45,804 nucleotides of DNA from Candidatus Sulfotelmatobacter sp. (GCA_049280795.1 JBAPQU010000326.1:1-45804); one strand, 5' to 3'. Counted from the stretch's first letter, positions 26,076-36,655 are shown. Notes: generated by a model not told the origin, from the letters alone. Numbers and translations: made by a program.

Positions 26076-29000
26076 ACCACCGGCGTGACAATGAGACTCA
26101 ACACCATCGAGATCACGAGCCCTCCAATCACGGCGATGGCCAGCGGCTGCAGCATCTGCGACCCAGAACCCAGAGCAAAGGCGAGCGGCAGCATTCCACA
26201 AATCGCTGCCGACGCAGTCATGAGAATGGGGCGCAGACGGCGCTGCGCCGCATACATCATAGCTTCGCGTGCAGACACTCCTTCACGGCGATAGCGTTCA
26301 TCTGCATCCAACAGTAGGATACCGTTTTTTGCCACGATGCCGATCACCATGATTAGGCCCATAAAGGATGCGACATTGAAGGTCGTACCCGTAACCAATA
26401 AGGCTAAGACCACGCCCGCGATAGAAAGCACCGACGACGTCAGGATCGCGATAGGTGCAGAAAAGTTGCGGAACTCAACCATCAACACACCAAACACCAG
26501 CGCCAATGAGAGAACGAGGACTCGCAGCAGTTCGTGAAAGGATTGCTGTTGCTCTTGATAAGTTCCGCCGTACTCGACTCTTACTGTGGGTGGCAGGTGC
26601 ATCGCGTTGATAGTCCGTTGCACCTTCGCGATCGCCGTTCCGAGATCGGAGCCTTCAAGCCTGGCCGTCACGATAATGAGTTGTTGCAGGTTCTCGCGTT
26701 TTATTTCGTTTTGCGGAGGCAACTGCGTCACCTGTGCCAGCGAACCCAGCGACGCCAGCTTGCCGGAGGAGCTGTTGAAGACAGTGTTCTGGATGGTGTC
26801 CAGCGATTTCCGTGTCTCATCTCCCAGCCGGACACGAACCGTGTAGGGCCTTCCATTCGCAATCAGCGGATCGGTCGTGGTCACTCCGTCCAGGATCGAG
26901 GTTGCATCCTCGGCAATCTCCACCGGCGTGAAACCCATGCGCCCGGCAACGATCGGATTGATCTGAAAGTTCGTCGCGGGGCCACTGATCGTATTTTCGA
27001 TTCCATTCTGAATGTCCACGACGCCGCCGATTTTGCCGAGAGCATCGCCAATCCGCGGGCCCAAGTCGGCGAGCAGCGCTGGATCGCTCGCGAAGACCTT
27101 GATCTGGATAGGCTCCGGTGCGTTCGATAAATCCCCGATCATGTCCTGAAGAACCTGCGTGAACTCCACGTCAAGCTCGGGCTCGGTCTTTTTGATCTCG
27201 GCGCGTACGTCTGCGATAACCTCGTCGATGCCGTGGTCGCGTTTGCTCTTCAGTTTTACCGTAACGTCGCCGGTGTTGGCCTCGGTCACGGCTGCGAGCC
27301 CCATCTGCAGGCCGGTGCGCCGTGAAGTGCTCTCAACCTCCGGCATGCTGTGAAGAATTCGATCGACGTGCTCGAGCACTCGATTGGTTTCCGAGAGGGA
27401 GCTACCTGCCGGCATGATGTAGTCGAGAATGAATCCGCCTTCATCCATCTCGGGCAGAAGATCCGACCCGAGCCCGCGATAACAAAAGAAACTGCCGATG
27501 GCGAGACCCGCGCAGAGGGCGAGCAAGGCGAACGGGCGGTTTAGTGCCCAACCCAGGCCGCGCTCATGCCACTGCAGCACCGTATGCATGATGCGTCCGT
27601 GCTCATCGTGATTCTCGTCCGCCACATCATTCGCCACTCCGCGTCGCTGCCTCAGGAATACGAGGCTGAGCGCAGGAGTCCAGGTGACGGCCAGAAGCAA
27701 CGACGTTAGGAGTGCCACTGTCATGGTGATCGCGAGGGCGCGGAAGAAGCTTCCGGTTACCCCTGTGACCGAGACCAGCGGCAGAAAGACAACTACGGGT
27801 GTGACCGTCGATCCCACAAGAGGCACCGCAATCTCGCGCAACGCAAGACGGGCGGCGCGGGCGCGAGTCTCGCCCCGGTCTCGATGAGATACGATGTTCT
27901 CGACCACCACAATCGCATCGTCGATGACCAATCCGATCGCGGCCGCGAGTCCTCCAAGCGTCATCAGGTTGAAGCTTTGTCCGATCGCCCATAAAAATAG
28001 GATGGTGATCGCCACCGTGACAGGAATGACCAGGCCCGCGACCAGCGATGCCGTCCAATCGCTCAGAAAAAGAAACAGGATGATGCACGCGAGCACAAGT
28101 CCGATGAGGATGGCGTCGCGTACGCTCCGAATACTCTCCCGCACCAATTCCGACTGATCGTAATAAGGTTCCAGACGTACGCCCGCCGGCAGCGTCTTGC
28201 GGAGTTGCTGAACTTTTTCTGCAATCGCGTCGGCTACTGCCACGGTATTGCTGGAAGGCTGACGGGCGACGTTCAGAAGAACGGCTGCGCTGTCATTCGC
28301 GGTGACGGCAGTATAGACAGGCAACACACCGTTCTGCACAGTTGCAACGTCCGCAACCCGGACGGCCACTCCCGCCGCCGTCATTTTCACCACCAGCCGT
28401 CCCAACTGATCGGCGTCATGAGCCTGCGCTCCGACCAGGCCAAGAATCAACTGATGATTCGCTTCGTAGAGCCCCGGCGAGTCAATGATGTTCGACGCCT
28501 GTATGGCGTTGACCAGGTCGAGAATCGTCACACCTGCGGTCTGCATCCGCGCCATGTTGGGCACGATGTGAAACTCCGGAACTTTGCCGCCTTGGACCGT
28601 GATCGTGCTAACACCCGGGACCCGGTTCAGCGGCGGCTTGAGCTCATACGTGGCCAACTCCCAGAGCTGGGTTTGTGAGAGCCGGTCGGATGTAAGACTG
28701 TAACCAAGGATGGGGAACGTCGCGAACGTAAGACGATTCGTAGTGATGACGGCAGTGGCCGGAAGAGTTTGCCGCGCCTTGCTGATGGCTGCGTCCACCA
28801 GCTGAAGCGTGCGAAACATATCGACGCTCCAGTCGAAGAACAGACTCACTTCAGCCGACCCGCGACTAGTGGTGGAGCGAACGGTCACGAGTCCGGGAAC
28901 CGAATTTACCCCATCTTCAATCGGTTTGGTGATCGTCACCTGCATCTGCTCGACCGGCATTACGCCGTTGTCGATGCCGATCACCACGCGCGGAAAATTC

Positions 29001-29146
29001 GTTTCGGGGAAGACCGAGATGGGAACCTGTTCTGCCGCATAAATCCCCGCCAGCGAAAGCACAATGAGGAAAAAGAAAATCGAACCTCGATAGCGGACGA
29101 GCCAGAACGTCTCTCCGGCGTGGGGCGGTTGAGAGGGTTCTGTCAC
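26036..29146 (-). CDS. RND efflux transporter permease (AcrB/CzcA superfamily)
   Basis: 1036 aa with 12-TM RND architecture and two large periplasmic loops. Typical blocks are GLAAAIGLVIDDAIVVVENI and MGLIMVIGIVAKNGILLLD. Its start overlaps the MFP stop (ATGA). Confidence 0.95.
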   Translation of the reverse strand: MTEPSQPPHAGETFWLVRYRGSIFFFLIVLSLAGIYAAEQVPISVFPETNFPRVVIGIDNGVMPVEQMQVTITKPIEDGVNSVPGLVTVRSTTSRGSAEVSLFFDWSVDMFRTLQLVDAAISKARQTLPATAVITTNRLTFATFPILGYSLTSDRLSQTQLWELATYELKPPLNRVPGVSTITVQGGKVPEFHIVPNMARMQTAGVTILDLVNAIQASNIIDSPGLYEANHQLILGLVGAQAHDADQLGRLVVKMTAAGVAVRVADVATVQNGVLPVYTAVTANDSAAVLLNVARQPSSNTVAVADAIAEKVQQLRKTLPAGVRLEPYYDQSELVRESIRSVRDAILIGLVLACIILFLFLSDWTASLVAGLVIPVTVAITILFLWAIGQSFNLMTLGGLAAAIGLVIDDAIVVVENIVSHRDRGETRARAARLALREIAVPLVGSTVTPVVVFLPLVSVTGVTGSFFRALAITMTVALLTSLLLAVTWTPALSLVFLRQRRGVANDVADENHDEHGRIMHTVLQWHERGLGWALNRPFALLALCAGLAIGSFFCYRGLGSDLLPEMDEGGFILDYIMPAGSSLSETNRVLEHVDRILHSMPEVESTSRRTGLQMGLAAVTEANTGDVTVKLKSKRDHGIDEVIADVRAEIKKTEPELDVEFTQVLQDMIGDLSNAPEPIQIKVFASDPALLADLGPRIGDALGKIGGVVDIQNGIENTISGPATNFQINPIVAGRMGFTPVEIAEDATSILDGVTTTDPLIANGRPYTVRVRLGDETRKSLDTIQNTVFNSSSGKLASLGSLAQVTQLPPQNEIKRENLQQLIIVTARLEGSDLGTAIAKVQRTINAMHLPPTVRVEYGGTYQEQQQSFHELLRVLVLSLALVFGVLMVEFRNFSAPIAILTSSVLSIAGVVLALLVTGTTFNVASFMGLIMVIGIVAKNGILLLDADERYRREGVSAREAMMYAAQRRLRPILMTASAAICGMLPLAFALGSGSQMLQPLAIAVIGGLVISMVLSLIVTPVVYFLLTRREEQNA

Positions 29147-30447
29147 TTTGCCTCTCCGCCTGCCTTGTCCTCATCTTCGCCAGCCTTGCCAACCTTCACT
29201 TTCGTGCCGTCGTCTAGGCCGTAAGCACCAGTCGTGATAACAGTCTCGGATCCATTCAGACCCTGGATCACCTGCACATCCGCACCGTCAGTGATGCCGA
29301 CTTGCACCATCTGTTTGTGAGCGGTGCCATCCGGCCCAACCAACATCACGGACTTTGTTCCGTCTGCCGCTGTGAGCACCGCTGACATCGGCACCTTTAC
29401 GGCCTTCGCAACCGCAGTTCCCTTAATAGAGATTGTCGCCGGGGTGCCCGCTTTGTATTTCCCCTTGCGGTTATCTAACCGAATCCACACCTCCAGGGTT
29501 GTACTGCCGGGATCTAGCGCGGGACTGATCAGAAAGACTTTCGCCGGCACCGGCCCATCCATGCCAGGAATCACGATCGAAGCAGCATCGCCAACTTTCA
29601 ACCGCTGCGCCACCGTCTGCGACAGATGAACTTTCGCGAGCAGCCAGGATGTATCCATCACGGTAATGAGCGGACTGCCGGAGTTCGCGGTTTCGCCGGG
29701 AAAAAGCGGCCGGTCGGTTACGACCCCCGTGATCGGGCTGCGCACTTCGGAGTACGAGACTTCGGCCTCGGAGGCCAGATATTTTGCTTTGGCGGATGCG
29801 AGTTGACCCTCCGCCTGTTCGAGCGAGGCCGCGCGGCTTACGGCTTTCAGCGAGTCCAGATGGTTCTGCGCTACATCATAGGCAGCCTGCGCCTGGACCA
29901 GAGTCGCCGCCGCCGTGTCATAGTCCCTACCGGGGATCGCGCCTTCGGCGAGTAGTTTCTTACGCGCGGCAACAATCTGCTTCTGCAATTCAAGCTGAGC
30001 TTTCGCCTGGGCCACATCCAACTCAGCCTTGCGGTAGTCCTCCGGCACTTGCGCCTTCGTTTGCATATCGAACGACGCCTGCGCCGCCGCATACTGACCC
30101 TTGTTATCCAGCGCCTGCGCTCTGAGGTCGCGATTTTCCAGCACGGCCAGCAGTTGTCCGGCTTTCACTTTCGAGCCGCGCTGCACGTAAAACTCACGCA
30201 CGGGAGCGGTGATTTTCGGTGAGATGGCGGCCTGCGCTACGGGGGAAAGAGTCGCGTCGGCCACGATGCGTTCAGAAATCTCGCCAACCTCTGGATGCTC
30301 CGCCTGCACCGTTACAACGGCAGCCGCATCGGCGTCGCCTGTTTTCTTGCAGCCCTGCAGAAACACGGCACAAAGCGATAGGCCTGCCAGAAGAATGGCC
30401 TGCAGGCGGAGCGCTGGTCGCGGAAAGAAATTCAGGTTTGCGTTCAC
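29143..30447 (-). CDS. RND periplasmic adaptor (membrane fusion protein), lipoprotein
   Basis: GTG 30447 overlaps the tolC-like stop (GTGA). The lipobox is LSLCAVFLQGC. It has HlyD/biotinyl-lipoyl-like and coiled-coil segments (ISPKITAPVREFYVQRGSKVKAGQLLAVLE). The 549-aa ORF in the track is an artefactual 5' extension into the upstream gene. Confidence 0.9.
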   Translation of the reverse strand: MNANLNFFPRPALRLQAILLAGLSLCAVFLQGCKKTGDADAAAVVTVQAEHPEVGEISERIVADATLSPVAQAAISPKITAPVREFYVQRGSKVKAGQLLAVLENRDLRAQALDNKGQYAAAQASFDMQTKAQVPEDYRKAELDVAQAKAQLELQKQIVAARKKLLAEGAIPGRDYDTAAATLVQAQAAYDVAQNHLDSLKAVSRAASLEQAEGQLASAKAKYLASEAEVSYSEVRSPITGVVTDRPLFPGETANSGSPLITVMDTSWLLAKVHLSQTVAQRLKVGDAASIVIPGMDGPVPAKVFLISPALDPGSTTLEVWIRLDNRKGKYKAGTPATISIKGTAVAKAVKVPMSAVLTAADGTKSVMLVGPDGTAHKQMVQVGITDGADVQVIQGLNGSETVITTGAYGLDDGTKVKVGKAGEDEDKAGGEAK

Positions 30448-31802
30448 AGGGTTCCTGTCAGCACTTGCAGTCCTGCCAGGGCGGTCTGGTACCGGACCAC
30501 TCCTTCCGCCTGTGCAGTTTCTACCGAAAGATATGCAGTCTCGGCGTCGACCACTTCCAATACAGTTGCCTCGCCGGACGAGTAACGAAGCTTGGTGAGC
30601 CGCAGGCTCTCCTCTGCCGTGCGTACACTCAGATCGAGGAGATCCATTTGATCTCGCGCGGCGACTGCCTCGGCATACACCTCTTCCAGTGTCGCAAGCA
30701 CTCTCCTCTGCGCCGCGGTCGCCGTTACTCTTGCGGCATCGCGCTTGATCTCGCTCTGCTTGATACGCTTCTGCGTCGAGAACCAGTCCCACACGGGAAT
30801 GTCGAGCGTCGCGCTGATCGAGTATCCCAGGTTGCTCACGTCGTCAGGGCCACGCTTGGCAAACTGTGCGGCGTCGATCCCGTAACTGAAGTTCAATCCA
30901 AGATCAGGCAGATAGGCGGCCCGTGCGGATGTCACTTCTGCATTGCCGGCCCGCACTCCAGCCAGCGCGCTTCGTATTTCAGGGTTGTTGGCGGAAGCCA
31001 GTCGGTTCACGTCCTCACGACTGGGAAGCGCGGCAGGCGAGCCCGGCGCCTCTGTGGAGAAAGGCGTCCGCGGGTCGGGAAACAGAAGCACTGCGAGCTC
31101 CAGCCGCGCCTTGTCGGCCGCCAGAGTGCCGTCGCTCAAATCGCGTTGGCGCTGCTGCTGCTGCAGTTGGGCCTTCACTACGTCGGCATGTGCGCCTTCA
31201 CGCGCAGCCTCGCGTTTGTGCGTCAGATCCGTGAACGACTGCGCCTCTCGCAAAGCCTCTTCCAGCACATGCTGTTTTATTTCGAAAGCAGAGACCGAGT
31301 AGTACAAGCTCACTACACTCAAAATGAGTCCCCGGCGCGCAACTTCCAACTCCGCAGAAGCCCGCGCCGCGTTAGCGGCCGCAACTTGAGCATCCGCGAA
31401 CTGCTTCAGCCCGACGGTTTCATTAATCGAGGCCTGACTGATGTATTCGTGAACCGCATTGTTCGCGATAAAGATAGGAGAAAGCTGTGTCCCGCCCTGA
31501 ACGATTTGATTGGTTTGTCCGTTCGGCTGCGTATAGAGCACCTGGTTGTGATACACGACCGAGGGCAGCAGAGCAGCTCTGCCAAGGTAACGATCGATGG
31601 CCGCCGATTTCTGCGCCGCCAGTGCGCTTGTGAAGGCTGGCTCATTTTGTTGTGCCCGGTGAATCGCTTCCGCAAGCGAGATAACGGCCGGACTGCCCGT
31701 CTTCACCTCTTGCGCGAAGGATGTCCCAGCGAAACCGGCCGCGCTTATTAACGCGAGCGCTCCTGCCACAAGGTTAAGCAGATTTCGATCGATCCGGCTC
31801 AT
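30444..31802 (-). CDS. TolC-family outer-membrane efflux protein
   Basis: Signal LVAGALALISAAGFAGTSFAQ. Two OEP repeats with coiled-coil heptads. It is the first gene of the tolC-MFP-RND operon. Confidence 0.9.
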   Translation of the reverse strand: MSRIDRNLLNLVAGALALISAAGFAGTSFAQEVKTGSPAVISLAEAIHRAQQNEPAFTSALAAQKSAAIDRYLGRAALLPSVVYHNQVLYTQPNGQTNQIVQGGTQLSPIFIANNAVHEYISQASINETVGLKQFADAQVAAANAARASAELEVARRGLILSVVSLYYSVSAFEIKQHVLEEALREAQSFTDLTHKREAAREGAHADVVKAQLQQQQRQRDLSDGTLAADKARLELAVLLFPDPRTPFSTEAPGSPAALPSREDVNRLASANNPEIRSALAGVRAGNAEVTSARAAYLPDLGLNFSYGIDAAQFAKRGPDDVSNLGYSISATLDIPVWDWFSTQKRIKQSEIKRDAARVTATAAQRRVLATLEEVYAEAVAARDQMDLLDLSVRTAEESLRLTKLRYSSGEATVLEVVDAETAYLSVETAQAEGVVRYQTALAGLQVLTGTL

Positions 31803-31830
31803 GCTTTGCAGACTAGGGGCGCAACCTTAA

Positions 31831-32821
31831 GACTCACTGAAGCGCGCGCAATGTAATAATCTCTCGCATAAAAACCTTTACCCAAGAGTTCCGGATCTGC
31901 GTTTGCCTCAAACGCAGAACCTCACCGACGGAGAGATCCGCTACATCATCCGGAATGGCGTGCGTCTGACGGGTATGCCGGGGTGGGCTAAACCACACGA
32001 CGAGCAGAGCGACGACAGTTGGAAATTGGTCCTTTTCATCCGTAGCCTGCGTCAGCTCACCAGGGAGGAGCAAGCGCAGCAGTCAGCCTTGTCAAATTCG
32101 GCTCACTACGTGGGTTCGCAGTCCTACCAGAAGTGCCACTCACAAATCTACGAACACTGGCGAACAACGCCTATGGCGAATGTTGTTCGCGACCCTCGCG
32201 AACATCCTGACGCCATCATTCCCAACCTAGCGACAAATTCCGTTGCCAAGTTCGCGAAGGACGATGTCGCTTTAGTTTATGGCAGCCTCTGGAAGCAGCG
32301 TTACTTCACCAAAAGAGGTGACGATTACTTTCCAGAACCCGTGCAGTGGGATGTGACCCATCGCGTCTGGCGTCCGTATTTCGTCGCCAAAGGGACCGAC
32401 TGGTGGGAGCCATTTTATCCGCCGGACAATATGCAGCGGCCCACGGGTCCGACCTGCGATGGATGCCACTCGGTCGATTACAACATCCACACCAAGCAAG
32501 TAGCGGAGTGGAACGTTGGCTGCGAAAAGTGCCACGGGCCTGGCAGTGAGCATGTGGAGCATCCCTCTCGCGGAACCATAAGGATCGACGGGAAGCAGTT
32601 GCATCGCCTGTCACATGCCGAAAATCGAAACGACAATTGCGAACGTGAAGGTACGAGCGCATACGTTTGTCTTCATCACGCCCACGATGACCGACAAATA
32701 CAAGATTCCGAATCCTTGCACCACGTGCCACGCGGACAAAACCACAGCCAGGTGGGTGTCTGAGTCGACGGCACCAACCTCAGCTCTTTACGCGCTTTTG
32801 AGTCCGAATTATCCTCTGTAG
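31831..32821 (+). pseudogene. Decayed multihaem cytochrome c (c554-like family): 5'-truncated, frameshifted, one haem motif mutated
   Basis: Frame 1 reads ..LTDGEIRYIIRNGVRLTGMPGW, the tail of a class-I cytochrome c domain whose CxxCH is missing. It continues SYQKCH (Tyr TAC where Cys TGC is expected), CDGCH and CEKCH. The haem motifs CIACH (32600-32614) and CTTCH continue only in the +1 frame after a shift near 32580-32600. Confidence 0.6.
31897..31917. promoter_or_regulatory. Perfect 9-bp-arm palindrome upstream of the efflux operon
   Basis: CTGCGTTTG-cct-CAAACGCAG lies 95-115 nt upstream of the tolC-like start. It could be an operator (TetR-type sites look like this) or a hairpin. About one such repeat is expected by chance in a window of this size. 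Confidence 0.25.
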
Positions 32822-32914
32822 ACTCCGTCCAAACCTTACGATAATTGTGGAAGGTTAGAAAAGTATCACCTTCGTATCAAGCAGAAAATTTACCCCAACC
32901 GCTTTTCATTCTTC

Positions 32915-32943
32915 TTGACACGGATCGCTAGTTTTTCTAACCT
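32915..32943 (+). promoter_or_regulatory. Sigma-70-like promoter candidate for ggt
   Basis: TTGACA (32915-32920), a 17-nt spacer, then TAACCT (32938-32943), 69 nt upstream of ATG 33012. This is consensus matching only. Confidence 0.25.
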
Positions 32944-33011
32944 TGCGGACTTATAGTAATGTGTGCTGCGACGCGCAGCGAATCTCTGCTCCGCAATTAC
33001 TGGGAACTTTC

Positions 33012-34691
33012 ATGCGGGTTTGGATGTGCCTGTCCTTGTTGTGGTGCCTAGGATCGCACCCAGCCTTGGCTCAAGATCGCGACTATGGCCGCTCCCTCGT
33101 AGTGACGAACCGCGGTATCGTGGCCACCAGCCAGGTTCTAGCTTCCCGAGCGGGCGCCCAAATCCTTGAGCAGGGTGGTTCCGCTATCGATGCCGCGATT
33201 GCCGCCAATGCAGTGTTGGGCGTAACTGAGCCCATGATGAACGGCATCGGCGGCGATCTGTTTCTTCTCTATTGGGATGCGAAGAGCGGCAAGCTGTATG
33301 GTCTAAACGCAAGTGGGTGGGCTCCGCAAGGCCTCACTATAGATTTTCTGGAGAAGCAAGGCATCACCTCGATGCCTGACGATGGAATCCACAGTGTCAC
33401 TGTCCCGGGAGCCGTGGATGGCTGGGCGAAGGCTCATCAGCGTTTTGGACGATTGCCTTGGAAAGACTTGTTTACACCCGCGATTTACTATGCCGAGAAC
33501 GGCTATTTTGTCCCTGAAATCATCGACGACTTCTGGCGTATCGGCCGCACAAAGTTGAAGCAGACACCGGAAGCGCAGCGTGTCTTTCTTCCCAATGGCA
33601 AGCCGCCTGCCGTGGGTGAAAAGTTCTCCAATCCCGACCTGGGGAAGACATTGCGATTACTGGCGAACAAAGGGCCTCGAGAGTTCTACGAGGGCGAAAT
33701 TGCGAAAGCAATCCTCAAGACATCGAATTCTCTCGGCGGGACCATGCAAGCGGATGACCTCGCGGAATTTTCTTCGGAGTGGGTTGATCCAATCTCGATC
33801 GATTACCGCGGGTGGAGAGTCTACGAACTTCCTCCTAATGCGCAAGGGATGGCTGCGTTGGAAATGCTGAATATCATGGCTGTCTCGCAGCCAGACCAGC
33901 AGGGCCCACTGGGAACGGTGGAACTGCACAAGAAGATCGAAGCGATGAAGCTCGCCTACACCGACCTGTATCGCTACAACGGTGATCCTCGTTTTGCGAG
34001 CATCCCAGTACGCGGTCTGCTTTCGAAAGAGTATGCGGAACAACGTGCCGCGTTGATTGATCCGCAGAAAGCGAATTGTGCCACGGTAAATGGTACGCCG
34101 GCAAAAAGCGACACCACGTATCTGGCTGTAGTCGACAGAGATGGCAATATCGCTTCGGTGATCCAGAGTGTGTACGACTATTTCGGCTCTGGGGTTGCGG
34201 TAACGGGCATGGGGTTTCTGCTTCAGGATAGGGGAGGACTATTTGTGCTCGATCCCAAACATCCGGATGCGCTCGCCCCGCGCAAGCGTCCCTTTCACAC
34301 CATTATTCCTGCATTTATGGAGAAGGGGGATCAACACATAGGGTTTGGGATTATGGGTGGTTCCAATCAGCCGCTTGCGCATGCGCAATTCGTGTCCGAT
34401 GTAGTGGACTATGGCTGGAACATTCAGGCAGCTCTCTCCGCTCCTCGATTCACCATCCGCGACACAGGACAGCCAATCCAATGCACCATTCTTCTAGAGT
34501 CGCGAGTCTCGCCGGAAGTGCAGAGCCAGTTGCGCCAGAAGGGCCACGACTTGGTTCTGCGAAAGGATTATTCCGCATTTATGGGACGGGGACAGGCGGT
34601 GCTTCACAATTCCGCAACTGGCACGAATTTTGCTGCCTCAGACCCGCGAGCCGATGGCTCGGCTGAGCCGGAGGCAATGCCGACAAAGTAG
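33012..34691 (+). CDS. ggt: Gamma-glutamyltransferase (periplasmic, Ntn hydrolase)
   Basis: Signal MRVWMCLSLLWCLGSHPALA. Motifs are GGSAIDAAIAANAVLGVTEPMMNGIGGD, the autoprocessing/nucleophile site SDTTYLAVVD, and GGSNQP. Confidence 0.9.
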   Translation: MRVWMCLSLLWCLGSHPALAQDRDYGRSLVVTNRGIVATSQVLASRAGAQILEQGGSAIDAAIAANAVLGVTEPMMNGIGGDLFLLYWDAKSGKLYGLNASGWAPQGLTIDFLEKQGITSMPDDGIHSVTVPGAVDGWAKAHQRFGRLPWKDLFTPAIYYAENGYFVPEIIDDFWRIGRTKLKQTPEAQRVFLPNGKPPAVGEKFSNPDLGKTLRLLANKGPREFYEGEIAKAILKTSNSLGGTMQADDLAEFSSEWVDPISIDYRGWRVYELPPNAQGMAALEMLNIMAVSQPDQQGPLGTVELHKKIEAMKLAYTDLYRYNGDPRFASIPVRGLLSKEYAEQRAALIDPQKANCATVNGTPAKSDTTYLAVVDRDGNIASVIQSVYDYFGSGVAVTGMGFLLQDRGGLFVLDPKHPDALAPRKRPFHTIIPAFMEKGDQHIGFGIMGGSNQPLAHAQFVSDVVDYGWNIQAALSAPRFTIRDTGQPIQCTILLESRVSPEVQSQLRQKGHDLVLRKDYSAFMGRGQAVLHNSATGTNFAASDPRADGSAEPEAMPTK

Positions 34692-34735
34692 CAGCATGGT
34701 CTTCTTATGAATTCTGAACGCTTCGTCGTGAATCC

Positions 34736-36649
34736 ATGAGCGAAGAAAATCGTGACCAGCAGTTGGGAATGGGACGCCGTATCACCCGGCGCGACTTCCT
34801 CAATGGCGTTGCCGTAGGTATCGGAGCCCTCGGCTATGCCAGTCTGCCCGAGCTGGCTCACGGCACCCAAGCTGCATTCCAGGCTGGCGCCGATTCCGCC
34901 AAACTCTACCCACCTGCTTTGACCGGAATGAGAGGCAGCGCGCCGGGCTCCTACGATGTGGCGCACGCACTGCGCGATGGGGAGTTCTGGGAAACCGCTG
35001 GCAGCCCGTCAGAGACGAGCGAAACGTATGACCTGGTCATCGTCGGAGGCGGCATCAGCGGGCTGGCTGCGGCTTACTTCTACCGCAAGAATGCCGGCAA
35101 GGGTTCGCGCGTTCTGGTCCTCGATAACAACGACGATTTTGGCGGCCACGCGCGGCGCAATGAGTTCCGAGTGGGAGGACGGCTGCTGTTGAGTAACGGT
35201 GGAACTCAGTCGATTGAGAGTCCCGCGGAATACAGCGAAGTGGCCAAAGGCGTTCTCACGGACCTCGGCGTTCAAACGAAGACCTTTTATAAGGCCTACG
35301 ATCAGAAACTGTACTCGCATCTGGGTACAGCCTGCTTCTTTGACAAAGAAACTTTTGGTGAGAATCGGCTGGTGACTGGAATGGGCTCGACTCCCTGGCC
35401 CGAGTTTCTCAAGAAGAGTCCGCTGCCGCAGAAGCTTCAGTTGGAGATCGCGCGTCTTTACGACGAGAAGAAGGATTATCTTTCCGGCCTGTCGAAAGAG
35501 GAGAAGCATGCGCGGTTGGCAAAGATCAGCTACGCGGGATTCTTGACTGAGATTTGTAAAGCCGATCCTGGCGTCTTGCCATTTTTCCAGACCTATACGA
35601 ACGATTTGTATGCAGTTGGAATTGACGCGGTCTCGGCTCTTGCCTGTTATAGAAATCCCGACGACTACGGGGCATGCCGCTATGCGGGTTTTGAAGGGAT
35701 GGATCTAGACGGAGACCGCGAAAAAGAAGAACCCTACATTTTTCACTTTCCCGATGGGAATGCGTCCATCGCCCGCTTGCTCGTGCGAAGTCTGATCCCG
35801 GAAGTGGTTCCAGGGCACACCATGGAGGACGTTGTCACTGCGCGCGCGGACTATAGCAAGCTTGATCAGCCGTCGTCTCCAGTACGAATTCGTCTGAACT
35901 CAACCGCGGTTCGTGTGCGACACTCCGGGCAACCAGAGTCTGCGAAAGAAGTTGAAGTCTCGTATGTCCAGGAAGGAAAGCTGAAGAAGATAACGGGGAA
36001 GGCCTGCATCCTCGCCTGCTACAACACGATGGTCCCATATCTTTGTCCCGAGCTGCCCGAAAAGCAGAAGGAAGCTCTGCACTATGGCGTGAAGGAGCCG
36101 TTCATCTACACGCACGTCGCCCTTCGCAATTGGACGGCGTTCCACAAACTGGGGATACGACAAATCGTCTCGCCGGGAAGTTATCACAGCTTCGCGATGC
36201 TCGATTTTCCTGTCAGCCTGGGTGCGTATCAATTTCCCAGCAACCCGCAAGAACCCATGGTGCTTTTCATGTTGCGGACCCCCTGCAAGCCCGGGTTGCC
36301 GCGGCGAGATCAGTACCGGATGGGCAGGTTCGAGCTCATCGGCACGCCATTTTCTACGTTTGAACGCAATATACGGGAACAGTTGAATCGCGCGCTGGCG
36401 CCGGGTGGATTCGATTCCGCCCGCGACATTGCCGCAATAACTGTAAACCGGTGGGCGCACGGTTACGCCTACGAATACGATTCTCTGTTTGATCCGTACT
36501 GGGCGCGGGAAGAGCGGCCTTGCGTCATCGGACGAAAACAATTTGGTCGAATCTCGATTGCGAATTCCGATGCTGCCGCCAGCGCTTATACGAACGCGGC
36601 AATCGACCAGGCCTATCGTGCAGTTCAGGAACAAATGAAACGTGCGTAG
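34736..36649 (+). CDS. TAT-exported FAD-dependent amine-oxidase-like oxidoreductase (SpdH-like), copy 1
   Basis: Twin-arginine signal [24 protein letters not shown]. Dinucleotide fold [19 protein letters not shown], then [39 protein letters not shown] and [23 protein letters not shown]. Confidence 0.8.
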   Translation: MSEENRDQQLGMGRRITRRDFLNGVAVGIGALGYASLPELAHGTQAAFQAGADSAKLYPPALTGMRGSAPGSYDVAHALRDGEFWETAGSPSETSETYDLVIVGGGISGLAAAYFYRKNAGKGSRVLVLDNNDDFGGHARRNEFRVGGRLLLSNGGTQSIESPAEYSEVAKGVLTDLGVQTKTFYKAYDQKLYSHLGTACFFDKETFGENRLVTGMGSTPWPEFLKKSPLPQKLQLEIARLYDEKKDYLSGLSKEEKHARLAKISYAGFLTEICKADPGVLPFFQTYTNDLYAVGIDAVSALACYRNPDDYGACRYAGFEGMDLDGDREKEEPYIFHFPDGNASIARLLVRSLIPEVVPGHTMEDVVTARADYSKLDQPSSPVRIRLNSTAVRVRHSGQPESAKEVEVSYVQEGKLKKITGKACILACYNTMVPYLCPELPEKQKEALHYGVKEPFIYTHVALRNWTAFHKLGIRQIVSPGSYHSFAMLDFPVSLGAYQFPSNPQEPMVLFMLRTPCKPGLPRRDQYRMGRFELIGTPFSTFERNIREQLNRALAPGGFDSARDIAAITVNRWAHGYAYEYDSLFDPYWAREERPCVIGRKQFGRISIANSDAAASAYTNAAIDQAYRAVQEQMKRA

Positions 36650-36655
36650 ACAAAT

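Noticed and set aside
29143-30792. The 549-aa version of the MFP ORF extending to 30792.
   Set aside because: The 5' 115 codons lie inside the tolC-like gene in another frame. GTG 30447 gives a lipoprotein signal and a GTGA stop/start overlap.
30219-31751. A 510-aa ORF on the plus strand, antisense to the tolC-like and MFP genes.
   Set aside because: It lies in the codon-aligned mirror frame of the tolC-like gene. Stops there arise only from sense TTA/CTA/TCA codons, which this genome avoids. The translation is Arg/Ser/Cys-rich and not protein-like, while the sense-strand genes have clear family signatures.
31834-32073. A 79-aa minus-strand ORF upstream of the tolC-like gene.
   Set aside because: It is antisense to the cytochrome c remnant, and its translation has no recognisable features.
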